DNA of 64,000 nt, from contig NC_045700.1 in the NCBI RefSeq assembly GCF_009834535.1, positions 79,670,001 to 79,734,000 on the forward strand, given 5' to 3'. Positions 48,681-60,819 of this stretch are shown one piece after another (the first letter of the stretch is position 1; each line of letters starts with the position of its first letter). Made by a program: the position numbers and the translations under genes. This DNA is from Camelus ferus. Taxonomy: Eukaryota. The notes beneath the pieces were generated by a model. It was given only the letters and a program-made list of their open reading frames with translations. It had not been told where the DNA came from and did no database searches.

Positions 48681-49084
48681 GTATCATTATGCAAATCGAG
48701 GTATAATGTGAGGTTCCTGATACCAGCGGTCTGGATACACTCCAGGGCCTCTGTCATCTTTAAACACATACTCTCTTGCATGTGGATATATTAGAGTAGA
48801 CGTACACTGAGAATAGAAGATCTTCCAGACCCTTTAATATCTAGGTAACTACTGTGTGGTCAGCGAAAATTGGGAGTAGATGGGAGGGTAAAAATAAAAG
48901 ATTTTGAATTATGCTTTGCAGAATTTGGAGCTGTTCTTGAGTTTTCATCGGAATGGAAGAGGTGGCTAAGTTGTAAATTCTGTGATTGATAATTTCATGT
49001 CTTTCTTTGAAAGCTTAACACAGTACATGGCACATAGAAGGGACTCAAGCTATATTAGACCTATAGCTACATGGTATGCATCAT

Positions 49085-49428
49085 TCAGTTTGAGTGAGGT
49101 TGTGCTACAATAAAAAACTTGCCCCCTCCCAGCACACACACAAATATCAGTGGCTTCAAACAACAAACATTATTTCTCACCCATGCTGCACATACCTTGT
49201 GGTGTGACTATAGTTTCTGTCTCATACCATCCTCACAGTAGGATTCAACCCAATGAATCAGCCACCATCTGGGGCATTGCTGGCTACTGCGGCAGAGGGA
49301 AAGAGAGCTCTGAATGGCTTCATACCAGCAATTGAATGCTTTAGCTTGGAAATAACACTTCACTTACATTCACAACTCATTGGCCAACACTAGTCACATG
49401 GTACCATGAGCAGGATGGAAGGTTAGAG
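49085..49428 (-). mobile_element. MaLR solo LTR (MLT1J/L-like)
   Basis: AATATCAGTGGCTTCAAACAACAAACATTATTTCTCAC, AGCCACCATCTGG, CTCATTGGCCAACACTAGTCACATGG. Confidence 0.75.
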
Positions 49429-49664
49429 CAGTGATTCTCAACCAAGGGTGATTTTGCACCCCTAAGGGACATTTGACAATGTCTGGAGACACTTTTAATT
49501 GCCACAGATTGGAAGGGGTTGGGGGAGAGGTGGGAGGGTAACACTGGCATCTAGTGGATGGAGGACAGGAATGCTGCTGACATCCTAAAATAAACAGGAC
49601 AGTCTCCTATAACTAAAAAGAACCTGGGCCAAAATGTCTGTAGTGCTGAGCTTAAAAAACCCTG
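49429..49664 (+). mobile_element. MER20 hAT-Charlie MITE
   Basis: CAGTGATTCTCAACC...GGGACATTTGACAATGTCTGGAGACA...AAACCCTG; TSD GGTTAGAG / GATTAGAG (7/8). Confidence 0.92.
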
Positions 49665-50109
49665 GATTAGAGGATGATAAATCATATCAAAGTTTTAGGG
49701 AGAGATAAGTAATGGGATGTCAGAAAGGACATGCTGAAAAATGCATCTATGATTAGGGGATGAAGTAGGATTTTGGTAAGCAGAAGTAGAAGGCAGAGTA
49801 TAGTGGAAACCGCAGCATGAACATAGCAGGAGAAGGAATACAGCAGGTATTTGAAGAAAAGTAAAAGCTTGTGCACAGGGAAGAAGTGCCAATAGAAATT
49901 GGAAAGGTAAGTTAAGAGCTCAATTTTGAAAGGCCTGGAATGCTAAGAATTTAAGTGCAAAGAGCCCGGGACAAAGTAAAACAGTAAATGATCTCAGAGT
50001 ATTTGTCTTGGAGCTGCCAACCCACCTCACCAAGAATATCCTTATATAAATTAATTCCCTTTTTACTCAAGCATTCAGCATCAGGGCAATCTGTATATTG
50101 CCTTAGATC

Positions 50110-50240
50110 ATCTTAGGTCCTACCCCATCATTTGAAGAAGAGAAAACTAGGGCCCATGGGATGAAGTCACTTGCCCATAGTCACTGGCAAGTTAGTGACT
50201 GGGCTGGAACCAGAATCTAATCTTAGCAGTGAAATCCAGT
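50110..50240 (-). mobile_element. MIR SINE
   Basis: CCCCATCATTTGAAGAAGAGAAAACTAGGGCCCA...AAGTCACTTGCCCATAGTCAC. Confidence 0.75.
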
Positions 50241-53154
50241 CGTTACTCCCATCAAATTCACACTCTAACTTTGTGTATATCCTTGGGTCTCTGGTATCTC
50301 AAAAGCACAGCAGGCCTTTTTTCCCTTCAATTACCCTTTATTATCTTATAAAAAAACATTGTTGATAAATTTTCTTTATTACCTCCCCCATTCTTACTTA
50401 ACACCCAAAATGTATAAGGCCAAATGTTCTTGTACAAACCAAATAGCACTTTCCTACCTTAAAAAAAAAATTGTTGCTGAGGAAAGGAGGGAGGAGTAAA
50501 TGGAAAGGTTGTTGTTTGCCCTTTGGAGGCATTTTCAGAGGATCATGATGGGGCCAGACAGATATTTCCCATTTCCAGCATCACATGTGGGCTCAACTTT
50601 AATGAAGAATTGAGATTTGGCTAAAAAGGCAAGTAGCATAATCTTAAAAAGAATCCCAGGGACAGATCCAGCTGAAGCAACTTGTGCACAAAACCAACCT
50701 TCGTTGACCCACAGAACATTTCACAACCTGAGAGCTCAGTTCTGGAATTTTTGTATTTCTTCCTCTCAGTTGGGCAAAGAAATTGCATTCCCAAGACCAT
50801 GCTGCTGCAACATAAATGTTATTTATTTTCAAACAAAAGAATTAGGAAATGTGAACTTTAAGGCTTTAAGACTAGCATTAACTCATCTGCTGGAGACAGA
50901 TGGTATTTAGCATTTTCAATGAAGAGGCTGTTAAATGTGAAAACTTAATACATCTGGAATGAGTCATCAGGGTGAGTTAATTGGCTAAAATCTTAGCTTT
51001 CGTATTTCCTGATTAGATTTTTTTCTTTTTTTTTGGTCTTTCAGCCTGGCATCTGTGACCCTAACAATTTTCCACTTAACACAACGGAAATACTTTGAAT
51101 TTTCCTTTATTTGTAGTCTCACCTAGGGTTATTCTAGGGCATTGTCCCCAGGCTTGATGATGAAACAATTTACAACAAAGACTTTACTATGAAAGTATCA
51201 TTTAAGATGAAGGTGTCAGGTCAGCTTGATAACATAATATATATTTAATAGCATATTTCTTTTTACCTCCTTCCACCCCTACTTATTTCTGTGAAGTGTT
51301 TATGTGAGTCCCACCTATAATCTTTAGATTGGAGAAATAAGAATTTGGTTTTGGCTTTCTTTTTTTCTTAATGTGTCCCTTTAGACTGCTGGATTTCTTA
51401 TTAACTCTATGAAATAGAACTCCTCACCTTCATTTAACATATTCAATAGATGTTTCTTAAATGTCTCACATATATGCATCCCTTTAGTAATTCCCATGAT
51501 ATTTGGGAAAGTATGAAGTTTCAGTATGTTACCAGAAAAAAAAAAATGTTATTATGAGACATCCACAGATAACTCCAGGCTGTGGTACAAAACATTTCTC
51601 TGCTTTTTTCCTTGAGTTACCTATGCATCCATATAGAGTCCTCACCCAAGGGACATCCTGAAATTCCATCTCTTTGGGGCTTCCTTCCTTCTTCCTTTCC
51701 CTAGGGACCCCTCAGTCTTTTCAGTGACTCTATGCATCCCTGGGCTTTACCCTTGCAGTGTGGCTGGTCAGATCCTTTAGAGAGAATCTTCTGCTGAACC
51801 AACAAACATTACTCTTACTAATATTTGTTGGAATTGAGAGGTGATTATTAATCTCACCTCTCCCACCTCACATTGGAACCAACTGAAACTTAGACACAGG
51901 AGACAGGTGATGGAGAGAGAAAAATATCAGCTTGATGGCCAATCAAACCATTTTGGAAAATATGGTCACAACTGGTCTTCTGAACACTTCTCAGTTCTCA
52001 GATCCAGACATCAGGACCTATTCTCAATGGAGTGTGAGGGTCTGTGGAGAAGAGTTCTTTACCCAGACTCACCCTCTCACACCCATGAGGCCCCTACAGT
52101 CAGGAAAGAAAAAGTCTGTCCTCTGGACTGCCTCTAGCATTTAGTCATACCTGGCCTCTGACCCTCATGAGCTCAATAGGAAAGAAAGGGCAAAGGCAGA
52201 GCCATGAAAAAGAAAACTCAGAGGGACTAAGCCACATGTTTCTAAGTCCTAAAATCCAATTACACCACCACTTAAGACCAGGGTGGAGAAGGGATGGAGA
52301 GTTCTTCCCTACTTTCCCTTTCTGAGTAGTACAGTGGACATGTTCTCCCCTTTGTGAAAACATGAGGAGTGGAGAATGTCTCTCTTAAACTCTCAAGATT
52401 TTTGTTTAAGAACTATTATAACTGTTAAGTTGTAATTAGGCTCATGGTCTACCAGGGGATAGACTATTCATTCCTGCTCTCTCATGGTGATCTGACTTCC
52501 TCCTTATGAGGTCTCTCTCCTCCTGCCAATGTCCCTTCCTTTCTACAGTCCCCTTGGATCGTAACACAGAATTTAACCTTTGCTCTGGTAAGCTCTGAAA
52601 TGGGTTAAACACCCTAGGATTACAATCCATTGCCTATTATTTATCCTATCTCAAGTTGTCACTAGCCAAGATATGCCCAACATAATTCATCAGAAGTTAT
52701 AGAGTAAGTGTGAATAACAGTAATACAATCTGAAATATGATGTTGGCAGAATAAGAATGACTCAAACTTGAATTTTAACTGCCTACCAGTATTAAACTCC
52801 TGGAGAGCAATTAAAAAATTCAAATCCTCCTTTACACTATAATCCAAAAAATTAAAGGCCAACATTCTTAAATTAAAGACTACACAAATTAAAGTCTAAA
52901 TAATATCTTCTCTATTTGTGAAAAAAATGTTGCTTGGTCTCACACAGCAGGGTTCTCAGATTCTTTAATAGAGTGTTCCTTCAGCGTCTACAGCCTCTCA
53001 CTGGAATGGGGGTGGTTTCTTTAGGGTCTTGGATTAATTAGCCAATTCTTAAGTATTTAACTTTTAAACATGTTAAGAAGAGTTAGTAGAAATTGAATTA
53101 TCATAGCATATATCAGTGGATGAGCAAAACTAGTCCTAGAGCAGGTATGCAAAT

Positions 53155-53181
53155 GCATACATACATACGTACATACATACA
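53155..53181. repeat. (ATAC)n tetranucleotide repeat, imperfect
   Basis: CATACATACATACGTACATACATACAT read directly. Confidence 0.85.
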
Positions 53182-53208
53182 TTTCCCATGACCCAACTTT
53201 TACTACAA

Positions 53209-53600
53209 TCTAGGATTGATCATGTACTTGGGCACAAAAGAAGCCTCAATAATTTTAAGAAGATAGAAATTATCTCAAGCATCTTTACTGACCACAATGC
53301 CATGAAACTAGAAATCAACTGCAGAGAAACAAAGGAATAAAAAAAAGGAAAGCATGGAGATTAAACAACATGCTATTAAAAAACCAATGGGTCAATGATG
53401 AAATCAAAGTTGAAATTAAAAAATACCTTGAGACAAATGAAAATGAAAACACAACCACACAAAATTTATGGGACAGAGCAAAGGCAGTGCTAAGAGGGAA
53501 GTTTATAGTGATACAGGCCTTCCTCAAAAAAAGAAGAACAATCTCAAATAAACAATCTAACCCACCAGCTAAAAGAATTAGAAAAAGAAGAGCAAAAAAA
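53209..53600 (+). mobile_element. Relatively young internal LINE-1 ORF2 fragment (end of endonuclease domain), TSD-flanked
   Basis: Translates [36 protein letters not shown], then [45 protein letters not shown]; flanks ACTACAATCTAG / ACTACATTCTAG. Confidence 0.92.
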
Positions 53601-53669
53601 CTACATTCTAGAAGCATGTTACTGCTTATCAAGACCATAATAGCAGTAGAGGAGGGTCAGAGGGTATAA

Positions 53670-54120
53670 TAGCCAGAACAGTTTGGCTCACTTTAAAATT
53701 ATTTCCAATTTCTCACTTCCCTTCCTTTGTAAAAGAGGCTAGATAGCTAACTACTCAATTTTCTTAGTCATCCTCCAGCCTGGATTATCCATGTGACACA
53801 AATCTGATCAATACAGTACAAAGGAACATCTGACTAAATAAAGCCTCAAGTAAAACCTTTTAGTCCTCTGCCTTCTTCAAGCCTGAAACACAGGTGTGGA
53901 GTTGGGAGATGCAACAGCCAACCTGTGAACAGGAAGGCAAAAGCCATGTGCTAAAAATGGAGGTGCTGAAACAGAGAAAGAGCCTGTGTTTCTGCTGGAT
54001 CTCAGACCCAAGTTATGCCTACTTCTGGATTTCTTGCTATGTGAGAAAAGTAAATCTTTCTATCTTTAAATTACATGGGATTTCTGTGACTTTGCAGGTA
54101 AACACACTTCTTCTGAATGA
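53670..54120 (+). mobile_element. MaLR solo LTR (MLT1I/J-like)
   Basis: CAACAGCCAACCTGTGAAC...AAGCCATGTGCTAAAAATGG...CCTACTTCTGGATTTCTTGCTATGTGAGAAAA. Confidence 0.7.
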
Positions 54121-54619
54121 TTCAAAGAAAAGAGAAAATTCTAGTTCCAGCTTCACCAGCATGCAAGTCAGTCTGCAATGGTTGCCCAAAGTCTACAACT
54201 CATAAGAGTTAGGAGAAATATCCCATCAGTAGGTGATTTCAGTCATCCTTGGGGAAAACATCCACCAGTACATACCATTAGAAATTATACTGATGATATC
54301 ACAGTCACCAGCACTCACTTGTTTCCCAACAGAACCTCTTAATTTCCATTTTTTGAGCTCCATGTTCCAGTGCCCATCCCCACTCTCCAATACTGCTGAA
54401 CTATTCAAATTAATTTGATCAACTCTGTCTTTAATAAGATAATTTTGATGAATTACTATGCTAATATGTATTAAATTGTGCCAAAGATCACCTTCAGGAA
54501 GGAGGAACATAGGGAAACAATGAGAAGATGGGGTAAAAACTGATGCTCTGTCTCAGTGTAAGTTATTATGTCTGGCCTTGGGCTCCTCCATAACATTTAC
54601 AAGGTGTAGATCTTAAAGG

Positions 54620-55580
54620 ATTCACAGTTAGGAGGCTAGACACAACATGTTCATTTATAACGGTTATGCATCTTTGGATGTGACAAGAAACACATGAAAA
54701 ATATGGCATTTGATGGGTATCAGAGGACAGAAAGTAACTCCTGCTTTGGGTATTTGGGTAGGCATCATAGAGGAAGTACTTACGCCCATCATTTCTAGCC
54801 TAGCTCAGAAACTGAAGGAAGGAGAAGAGCAAAAAGGAATCATTCCATTAGAGGGAACAGCATGAACAAAACAAAGTCAAAGAAGATATGGTCATGTCTT
54901 GAAAACTATGATGTGTTCAGAAATGCTTGTACCATTGTATCATAGTATGAAAGTAAGTTGGATAAAATTCATAAAAAGTTAGTTTAGGTCAAATAATGAG
55001 TCTTGGATGCCAGGCTAAGATGTTCCAACTATTTTTCAGACGATGTGAAATCATGGACAGTGGAGAGAGGTGGATCAAGTTGAGCTTCAAAATGGTTAAT
55101 GTAACAACAATGTATAAAATAGAGATGACTGCACTAGTCTCAGAAAGGGGCAGAGAGGGACAGAAATTAGGAAGTATAATTTCCAGGGTCTTGTGACTAA
55201 TTGGATATGCTGAGCCAAGGAGAAAGAAAGTCACTAATGATAGAAGTTTCTGGATAGTTTGTCTGGGAAGATGGGAAGGTCTTTAATTTAAATAGTCATG
55301 CCTGGAGAAGAGAAGATAATTTCTTTCATTCCTGATCAGCATGAAAGACATCAAGGCAGAAATGTCGAGCACATTGTCAAAAAAGATGAACCAGAGCTTA
55401 GGAGAAATGGTAAGACTAAAATTGGAAATGTAAGTGTTCTCCCCACATAGCATGTAGTGGAAATCATGACAATGAATGAATCTGCCAAGAGAAAGAATAC
55501 ATAGAGAGATGACTGGACCAGAAATTTGGGGATCATTTTTAGAATTATGTGAATGCTGATATCACAGATATCCAAAAGAG
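54620..55580 (-). mobile_element. L2 LINE fragment (degraded)
   Basis: GAGGGAACAGCATGAACAAA, AGTCTTGGATGCCAGGCTAAG, GAGAAAGAAAGTCACTAATGA, GCATGTAGTGGAAATCATGA. Confidence 0.7.
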
Positions 55581-56569
55581 GAAAGATTTTCTAGATTGGA
55601 AAGATGAATATATTATCTCTGAGACATGGAGTGAGTGAGATTTTTTCTTATATCTTTTGGTTTTTACCAAAAATTTTATTACCTCTATAAATATTAAAAG
55701 CAATAAATGTTACTTTTAAAGAGAAAGTTACTAGTGCAACTTAGTAATGGAGGCAAGTTGGCAATGTTAATGCCTGTTATGAGTTTTAAAACTTAAAAAA
55801 GAAAATTTCATTTGGCTTATTGCTATGTTTAATTTTTTTATTCTTTTAGCATTTTTCAATAAATATTTATGGACCACCTGTTAAATGCTAGGCACTTTCT
55901 AGACATTTGGGATATGTCAGTGGAAGACCATCAAAGATCCCTGCCCTCTTGTTGCTTTTATCCTCCCTTCCCTTGTTAGAATGCAAAGTTACTTGGACTT
56001 TTTAAGGCATCTTATATACCCAATCTCTTCAACTGGTGGAAGAATCAAACCACTATGATCTTCAAGTCAGTCCAATTTATTTACTTAAGCTTACAGTTCT
56101 TTCATTGCAGTATGCAAGTGATTGCACCCGTTTTTCAGGGTGAAGAGTACAAATAGCATGGAGAAAGACCTTCTTATGTACCTCAAAAGTTCACTGTGAA
56201 CTGTATCAGCATAAACACTAATGGATAAGAGAATAGAAATTCTGCATTCTAGGTTTGATCCTGGTTTCAGACTTCACAGCGTTTTCTCAGACTTCAGTTT
56301 TATTAGATAGAGATAGCTAGCTAGATAGATACAAAGAGGGGGATTTGACTCAAGCCTTCATAAAATGTCCAACTAAGCCCCAAAACAGCATGGCTAATGA
56401 ACTCTGTACCAGAAGCCATGGGAATTCTGATACAATCAGGAAATTTCCTTGAAGTCATATTTTCTTTTAATATTTTTTGTAAATGTTTCAAATTTATTTT
56501 AATTTAACCATACCACTTTAAATGATTTACCAAGAATTGATATTGATAATATCTGTTTTTACTGAGGAT

Positions 56570-56930
56570 ATTTTAGGTGCTATTCCTTGTGCTAAGTCCT
56601 TTCCTTGCATCACCTTATTTTATATTCCCAATTGCCCTTGACTTGGGTAGAATNNNNNNNNNNNNNNNNNNNNNNNNNNNNNNNNNNNNNNNNNNNNNNN
56701 NNNNNNNNNNNNNNNNNNNNNNNNNNNNNNNNNNNNNNNNNNNNNNNNNNNNNNNNNNNNNNNNNNNNNNNNNNNNNNNNNNNNNNNNNNNNNNNNNNNN
56801 NNNNNNNNNNNNNNNNNNNNNNNNNNNNNNNNNNNNCTTATAGAGGAGTTGAGCAATTTGACCAGGATCATATAACTAGGACGCGGTGCAAGGGGATTCA
56901 GACTTTGGCAGTCTGGCTCCAGATCCTCAT
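56570..56930 (-). mobile_element. MIR SINE spanning the second assembly gap
   Basis: TTGTGCTAAGTCCTTTCCTTGCATCACCTTATT before the gap; AGAGGAGTTGAGCAATTTGACCAGGATCATATAACTAG...CAGTCTGGCTCCAGA after it. Confidence 0.65.
56654..56836. other. Assembly gap (183 N)
   Basis: N run. Confidence 0.98.
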
Positions 56931-59248
56931 CTAAGATCTTGAGATGTGCCTTAGTTCACTTGTTGTTCCTTTTCCTACTCACACTCCAAAACATCGTGGT
57001 CCATCTTAGAGATATTCAAGGGTGCCATGTGAGCACACCAATGTATGGTTTCTCCAACCCTACACTAATGTGTAGTTTCTCCAACCTTACACCCTGCAAA
57101 TTCATGGTGTGGTCATCCACCTTGCCTAAGATTGGGAAATGGAGGAACACAGTCTCTCCTAGAACATGTGTCCCAGATACTGAACTTTTCTAAAGGATGC
57201 TAGAGTCTTCATTTCACCCTACTTTTGGCAAAAGGAGTGATGAGTTGGTTATGGATGAGGTGTTTCTCTTGCAGTTTTATTCTTGCTGGGGTGATTTACT
57301 TAATGTCTTCCTAATAATTTGTGGAGCAAAAGGGAGTGAAAGAGTTGGGGTGGGGGGGAGATGGGTGAATTGGATGAGGGGAGAGAAGGCGAGATTTATA
57401 CTCAGGCAGGACAGTGCCTTTAGCCTGCTTCACAATGGTGGTCATTCATCAAGATGACCAGGGCCTCGGGGAAATGAAGTGTTTGGATTTGGAACATATT
57501 CCATCAGCCCATTTGCTGCTGAAACTTGAGGTGACATGGGAGAAACTGATCAAGTGTCTGCTGACCTGTTTCCAGCTCCTCTGACCCCAAACACAAGGTT
57601 CTCCTTGCTTTATAGGCTTCTAATCTCACTTCTCTCTGTGTTTCCCCTTCACCTCTTTATAGTTGGTAAAATGAAGAGCTTCTTTCTATTTGATGTTTTT
57701 TAACCTAAGGAGATGGTGGCTGGTCTGACACAGTCTTGAAATAAAGGCAGCAGATAAATCTGATTCAGAGGGAAAGCAGTGCACTTACAGAGAGCTTATT
57801 CTTCATGTATACCAGTGTCCTGAGCAGCAGTAACAGAGAGTGTGTATCTTCAACCAGTATTTCCTGAGGACATTTTTTTTTTCAGGAACTAGAGATACAG
57901 TATTGAAAAAGTCACTTAAAGTCCTACCCTCCAGAGTTTAGGGTCTGATGGGACCGAGAAGTATTAAATAAGCCACCTTCATACAGAGTTAAGAGATCTG
58001 ATAGGAGAAATCTGGGGATATATGGGACCCCAGAACAGGAAGGTGCATTTAACTCCACTCAGGAGGGTGACTACATAGTGGTCTCTAGGAAAATCCTCCT
58101 TTTTAGGACCTTTGTCCCAAGAAAATGCCACCTCATAACGAGACTTTCTGTTTCTGGTCACCAGAACATTCTCCAAATCAATTGAAACTACAGCCTTTAG
58201 TTATAAACAAGATGATGTATCTCTCTCAAAGTACAGTGGCCAAAATACTAACTTTGAATTTGTTAGAGCGTGATTGGCTTCAACAATATAATATTTGAGA
58301 ATGTGTGTGGTTATTTGTAAATGATGACTTTGTCCGTGAATCCTAGCTGCACTGGAAGAGTTCAGCATCTGAAAGGGACCTCTGCTCCTCTCAACAAGGA
58401 TGTGCACTCACTGTTTATGTCATTGCTATTGCAGCTGATAGAACCTGCTGGTAAGCCTGCTGAGCTTCCCCCAACCAGGCAAGGTGAACCCAAGACTCTA
58501 TGGGGACCTACAGGTAGTGGGACGGCATATGACCTTCCCTCTGAGTGGGTGCAGTTTGCCTAGAGCTCTAAATTTCCTTTCCTGTGGGCTAGGGACTTCC
58601 CATTCCAGCTTCGCTAGGTCCGCCAGGTCCACCAGAGGTAGGAGATGACAGTAAAGTTTGCTTTTATTTTGTTTGGAACTACTGAGTCTTTTCCCCATGT
58701 AGAAAATGCACTCAGGTAGAGAGAAAGGACTTGCTGTTAGTTCTACTTCTAGCATTATGAAATTCCTTTCTTCGGAGTTAAAGAGTGAGAATCCAGGCAG
58801 ACTTCCTACAGGAAGTAAAGACCAACTGAAGGATAGAGAAGTGCCTAGTGAGAGTGCAGAAGATGTTTTGTGAAAGAACATCTTGTATGAAGACTCCGAT
58901 CTCTGAAGCACAGAGACCACAGCTTATGTAAGTTACTAAAGAGAGGTAGAGGCAGGGGGGGGGCAAGCTTAGGAGATGAGTCTTGTAAATAATGTTAAAG
59001 AATTTAGAGTTTATCCTGAGGTCAAGAGGAAGCCAGTGAAGAATGTGAAACAGAATAGAGATATGTTTGCTTCACTTTTGAGAAATATTCTGGCTACAGC
59101 ATGGTGAAGGAATTAGAAGGAGACAGAATAGAGAAAGAATGGAGACTAATTTGACAGCTGTGATCATAGCCCAGGAAAAGAGAACAGGAACTTGAACTAG
59201 GGTGGTAGTATCAAGGATACAGAAAAGTAGGTACATTCAAGAGATACT

Positions 59249-59540
59249 AACAAACTTATGGTTACCAGGGTGGGAAGTGGGTGGGAAGGGATAAATTGGG
59301 AGTTTGAGATTTGCAGATACTAACTAATATATATAAAATAGATAAACAATAAGTTCCTAATGTATAGCACAGGGAACTATATTCAAAATCTTGTAGTAAC
59401 TTATGGTAAAAAAGAATATAAAAATGAATATATGTATGTTCATGTATGACTGAAGCATTATGCTGTACACCAGAAATTGACACAACATTGTAAACTGACC
59501 ATACTTCAATAAAAAATAGATATACAAAAAAAAAAAAAAA
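59249..59540 (+). mobile_element. Lineage-specific (camelid-type) LINE-1 3' UTR with poly(A), 5'-truncated
   Basis: AACAAACTTATGGTTACCAGGG...GGGATAAATTGGGAGTTTGAGATTTGCAGATAC...TGTACACCAGAAATTGACACAACATTGTAAACTGAC, AATAAA and A15; matches cetartiodactyl L1 tails, camelid form as recalled. Confidence 0.88.
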
Positions 59541-59673
59541 GATGTTGATGTGGGATGCCAGAATGACCCTGACTGATTTAAAGTAGATGGTGAAGGAAAG
59601 AGAGAAGTCAAGGTTGCCTAGTGGATGCCCACTGGCTGGAGCACCTAGAGTGATGATGGAATCATTCACTGTG

Positions 59674-60021
59674 TGCTAAGGACTGAATCCCCAAATCCTT
59701 ATGTTGAATTCTTGACCCCTACTATCATGGTATCCAGAGGTGAGGTCTTTGGGAGGTAACTAGGTTTAGATGAGGTCATGATGGGATTAGTGCTCTTATA
59801 AGAAAAGAATGGGACACAAGAGCTTCCTCTCACCGCCATTCAAGGACACAGCAAAAAGGTAGGACTATCTGCCAGCCAGGAAGTGGGCTCTCACCAAACA
59901 CTGAATCTGCCAGCACCTTGATATGGAATTTTAGCCTCCAGAACTGTGAGAAATAAGTGTATGTTGTTTAAGCCAGGAAGTTAAGGGTATTTTACTATAG
60001 CAGCCTGAAATGATTAAAACA
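59674..60021 (+). mobile_element. MaLR solo LTR (MLT1A-like)
   Basis: TGCTAAGGACTGAAT...CTCTTATAAGA...AGCCTCCAGAACTGTGAGAAATAAG...GATTAAAACA; 5-bp TSD CTGTG / CTGTT. Confidence 0.9.
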
Positions 60022-60819
60022 CTGTTACAGGGAAAAGAAGGTAGAACAACTCCACTTTCAGACAGGAACAGGTGCGAATGAGATGCTGCCAGATGTGGCA
60101 GACTAGAGAGCAAGGGTTGGAAGAGAAGTCCAGGCTAAGGATGGGGATTCTGGGCCACAAACCTCTGGGAGAAATGTATAGCCATAGCATGTATGAAGTG
60201 ACCAGGGAGCCGGTCAGAGAAGAGAAGAGGTTTAGGGACACTGGCATTCAAGGGAGCAGAGACTTAGCTTTGCCCACCATGTTCACAGTCACTAAGGTCC
60301 AGAGTGAGGAAGAGTCTAAAGGTGACTGAACCACAAGCAGGTAACTCAAGTATATAATTCTGCCTTACAAGAGTTTTAACTGCTAGCCTAGTAACAGTGG
60401 TATCCTAAGGAACTGACATCTAAGAAAAGGCCTGAGTTAGACCTGAGATCTCCTGCATACATCATGCGGCTTTAAAAATGCCCTGCAGCTATGAAGTACC
60501 ACACTGATAATAATTTTCACCGTGATTCAAGCTATTATTCTCCCCACTTGAAAAGTGGAGAAGTTACTCAGTTTGTCCCCATAAGAATGGTAGAGCCTGA
60601 AATCATTCCAGATCTTCTGACTTAGGCTTAATGCTGTGACCCTGTCTTTTTAAGCTACTATTTATTGCTCCTGTATGTTTATGTTAGTTTATTGTTTTCT
60701 GAACCTGTGGGTCCTCTGCATTAGAACCCATAAGAAAAAAAATCTTCAGCTGAAGACGTGGAAAAATACAGAATGAGAGAATTTCTCAGAACCATTCCTG
60801 AGACCTAAGATGCCCTTCT

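Larger units (their letters stand above)
58940..60330 (-). mobile_element. L2 LINE fragment interrupted by a young L1 tail and an MLT1A LTR
   Basis: AAAGAATTTAGAGTTTATCCTGAGG, CTTGAACTAGGGTGGTAG, GAAGGAAAGAGAGAAGTCAAGG, GAAGTGACCAGGGAG continue across both insertions. Confidence 0.7.

Noticed and set aside
50884-50902. Inverted E-box pair CATCTG-N7-CAGATG
   Set aside because: The spacing does not match the 5-bp TWIST double E-box, and 6-bp arms are common by chance.
333-53156. About eight perfect octamer (ATGCAAAT) sites as a POU-regulated cluster
   Set aside because: They are dispersed, some lie in repeats, and the count is only modestly above a rough chance expectation of 3-4.
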